Origin: Candidatus Aminicenantales bacterium
GTDB taxonomy: Bacteria; Acidobacteriota; Aminicenantia; Aminicenantales; Saccharicenantaceae
Assembly: GCA_049512315.1 (NCBI GenBank)
Contig: JBEKXF010000015.1
Coordinates: 57,401 to 77,400, forward strand
Length of the DNA stretch: 20,000 bases
Direction: 5' to 3'
How positions within the stretch are numbered: the first letter of the stretch is position 1; each line of letters opens with the position of its first letter. The notes under the pieces are model-generated. The model saw nothing but the letters and a program-made list of their open reading frames with translations, was not told where the DNA came from and searched no databases. Shown one piece after another: positions 17,907-20,000 of this stretch. A program made the position numbers and the translations under genes.

Positions 17907-20000
17907 CTAGTCGAGCTTGAGCTTCTTGAGGAGCGCGGCATAGCGCGGTTCCTGCCGGATGACGTCAAATCCGGGATAAACTTTGATGTATTCCAACCAG
18001 TGGTCTCCGTCCTCATAAGCCTTGTCGAGATAGGCAAAACCGCGGTCGGTCTCCCCCAGTTTGAAATGGAGGAGCCCCATGAACAAGGGAGACACGTAGA
18101 CCCTTTTCTCCGCGTCGTTCAGGCCCGCGAGGACAGTTCGGGCCATCTCCGTTTGGCCGGAGGCGGCATACGCGTAGCCGAGCGCTTGAAGGAAAAACGG
18201 CGCCTGGCCGGCGAGATCCGCGGCCTGACGCAGTTTGACGAGGCCTTCCTCGTACTCTCCCTTTTCCACATGGGACAAGCCGAGGTAAAGGTAGGCGAGG
18301 ACGTATGTGGGATCCAGGCTGATGACCTTTTCCAGCACCTCGGCCGCCCGGTCAAACGATCGGGCCATATGGAACAGCATGCCGTAGATCATGTTCAGGG
18401 GGGCCGATGTGGGGTCGATCGCGAGGCCGCGCCTGATCTCGGCGAGCGACTCCTCGTGCCGCCCCCTCGTCCCGAGGTAGAGGGAATACCAATGGTGGGC
18501 CCACGTATAATCCGGGTCGATCTCAATGGAACGCTTGTACTCCTCCTCCGCCCCCTTCCAGTCGCGTTCCAATTTTTCTTTGATAAACGCAAGGGAGTTA
18601 TGGACCTCAGCCCGGTCCGGGTCAATCTCCATGGCTTTGAGCGCGGCGTCGCGAGCCCTCGTGAAGGCCACCCGCGGAGGCATGAAATAGGTGCCGATGA
18701 TCATGTAACAATCCGATATCCCCGTATAGGCCAGGGCGTAATCGGGGTCGATCCCGATGGCTTGATGGAAGGACTCGAGCGCCTTTTGCATGCTCTCCGC
18801 CGTCCTCTTATTCCAGAGGTACCGGCCCTTCAGATAGAGGTTATAAGCCTCCGGGTTGTCCGTATGGCGGCGCAAGAGGCGCGCCTTTTCGTCGCCGAAA
18901 AGCTTCACCCTCAGCCGTTCCACGATGGCCAACGTGATCTCGTCCTGGATCATGAAGATGTCTTCAAAATTCCGTTCGTACTTCTCAGACCAAAAATGAT
19001 ATCCGGTCGCTACGTTGATGAGCTGGGCCGTGACGCGGAGCTTGGTATCCCCTTTTCGGACGCTCCCCTCCAGCACGGCGGAGACGCCGAGCTGGCGGCC
19101 GATCTCGCGGACATCCAGATTCCTGATCTTGCTGGAGAAGGCGGAGCTCTTGGCCGCGACTTCCAGGTCTTTGATTTTCGTGAGCGCCGTGATGATCTCT
19201 TCAGCCAGGCCTTCGCAAAAATACTCCTGATCTTTCTGGGGGCTGAGGTCCGCGAACGGCAGGACGGCGATGGAGTTCATGACCCGTATCCCCCCCGGGG
19301 TGAGACTGTCGCTTTTCCCGGGATGGAGGCCTTTCGCGGTCTCGGACAGCCCCTCGGCGATGCCGTGAAGGTCGGAGGCGAGCAGCTCGACCCCCTGATA
19401 TCGTCCGGCCCGGTCCTTTTCCAGGCATTTCGCGATCACCGCGCTCAGGGCCTCGGGCGTCTGGGCGTTGAGGTCCCGGGGGTCCGGGGGACGGGCGGTC
19501 TTCTGCATCAGGGCAGTGCTCAGAGGCGTGTTGCCTTCGAACGGGACGCGACCGGTGATCATTTCAAAAAGTACGATACCCAGCGAGTAGATGTCGGCCC
19601 GGTGGTCGACCCCTTCCCCCTCGATCTGCTCGGGGGCCATGTATTCGGGCGTTCCGATCAGCGTGCCCCGGTCCGTGAGGCCCTTGGCCGCAACGGTCCT
19701 GGCGATGCCGAAGTCCGTGATGTGGGCGTTCCCCTCGCGGTCGATCATGATGTTGGACGTCTTGAGGTCCCGGTGGACGACGCCGAGGCGGTGGGCCTCC
19801 GCCATCCCGTCGCAGACCTGCCCGGAGATCGCGAGGGTGCGGGCCGGGGAGAGCGGCCCCATCATCTGAATGATACTTTTGAGGTTGTCGCCCGGGATGT
19901 ATTCCATGGAGATGAAATAGGTCCCCTCGCAGTTCCCGAGGTCGTAGATGCGGCAAACGTTCTTGTGGGAGATGCGGCGGGCCAGTTTGAGCTCGTTCCG
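17907..20000 (-). CDS. Hanks-type Ser/Thr protein kinase with a TolB_N-like domain and TPR repeats, 5'-truncated by the window edge
   Basis: The frame stays open to 20000 (RNELKLARRISHKNVCRIYD). Motifs HRDLK, DFG and GTPEYMAPE, then SIAVLPF...YFCEGLAEEII and multiple TPRs. Confidence 0.93.
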   Translation of the reverse strand, partial: RNELKLARRISHKNVCRIYDLGNCEGTYFISMEYIPGDNLKSIIQMMGPLSPARTLAISGQVCDGMAEAHRLGVVHRDLKTSNIMIDREGNAHITDFGIARTVAAKGLTDRGTLIGTPEYMAPEQIEGEGVDHRADIYSLGIVLFEMITGRVPFEGNTPLSTALMQKTARPPDPRDLNAQTPEALSAVIAKCLEKDRAGRYQGVELLASDLHGIAEGLSETAKGLHPGKSDSLTPGGIRVMNSIAVLPFADLSPQKDQEYFCEGLAEEIITALTKIKDLEVAAKSSAFSSKIRNLDVREIGRQLGVSAVLEGSVRKGDTKLRVTAQLINVATGYHFWSEKYERNFEDIFMIQDEITLAIVERLRVKLFGDEKARLLRRHTDNPEAYNLYLKGRYLWNKRTAESMQKALESFHQAIGIDPDYALAYTGISDCYMIIGTYFMPPRVAFTRARDAALKAMEIDPDRAEVHNSLAFIKEKLERDWKGAEEEYKRSIEIDPDYTWAHHWYSLYLGTRGRHEESLAEIRRGLAIDPTSAPLNMIYGMLFHMARSFDRAAEVLEKVISLDPTYVLAYLYLGLSHVEKGEYEEGLVKLRQAADLAGQAPFFLQALGYAYAASGQTEMARTVLAGLNDAEKRVYVSPLFMGLLHFKLGETDRGFAYLDKAYEDGDHWLEYIKVYPGFDVIRQEPRYAALLKKLKLD

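Noticed and set aside
1..20000. CRISPR arrays, tRNA or rRNA genes
   Set aside because: No regularly spaced repeats or RNA-gene signatures were seen.

Overview
Bacterial window with three zones. (1) 1-6701 is an AT-rich, minus-strand Wzx/Wzy-type surface-polysaccharide block: flippase, polymerase/ligase, two GT4, one GT2 and an FkbM methyltransferase. (2) 7882-11610 is a co-oriented GDP-sugar operon (GDP-mannose 3,5-epimerase-like, gmd, rmd-like). It is headed by a RAYT-type Y1/HUH transposase homologue whose catalytic-Tyr position is Phe, preceded by a hairpin-rich leader, and divergent from a bifunctional fucokinase/GDP-fucose pyrophosphorylase (fkp). (3) A GC-rich right arm holds a RelE/RHH toxin-antitoxin pair, a membrane protein, a B12-binding radical SAM enzyme and a truncated Ser/Thr kinase-TPR gene. 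The apparent intergenic gap at 7235-7833 is a decayed, internally deleted second copy of the RAYT-epimerase pair, which also carries Phe at the catalytic position. The most interesting hypothesis is a domesticated, cleavage-dead transposase stably linked to the head of a glycan operon. All alignments were done by eye; no searches were run.
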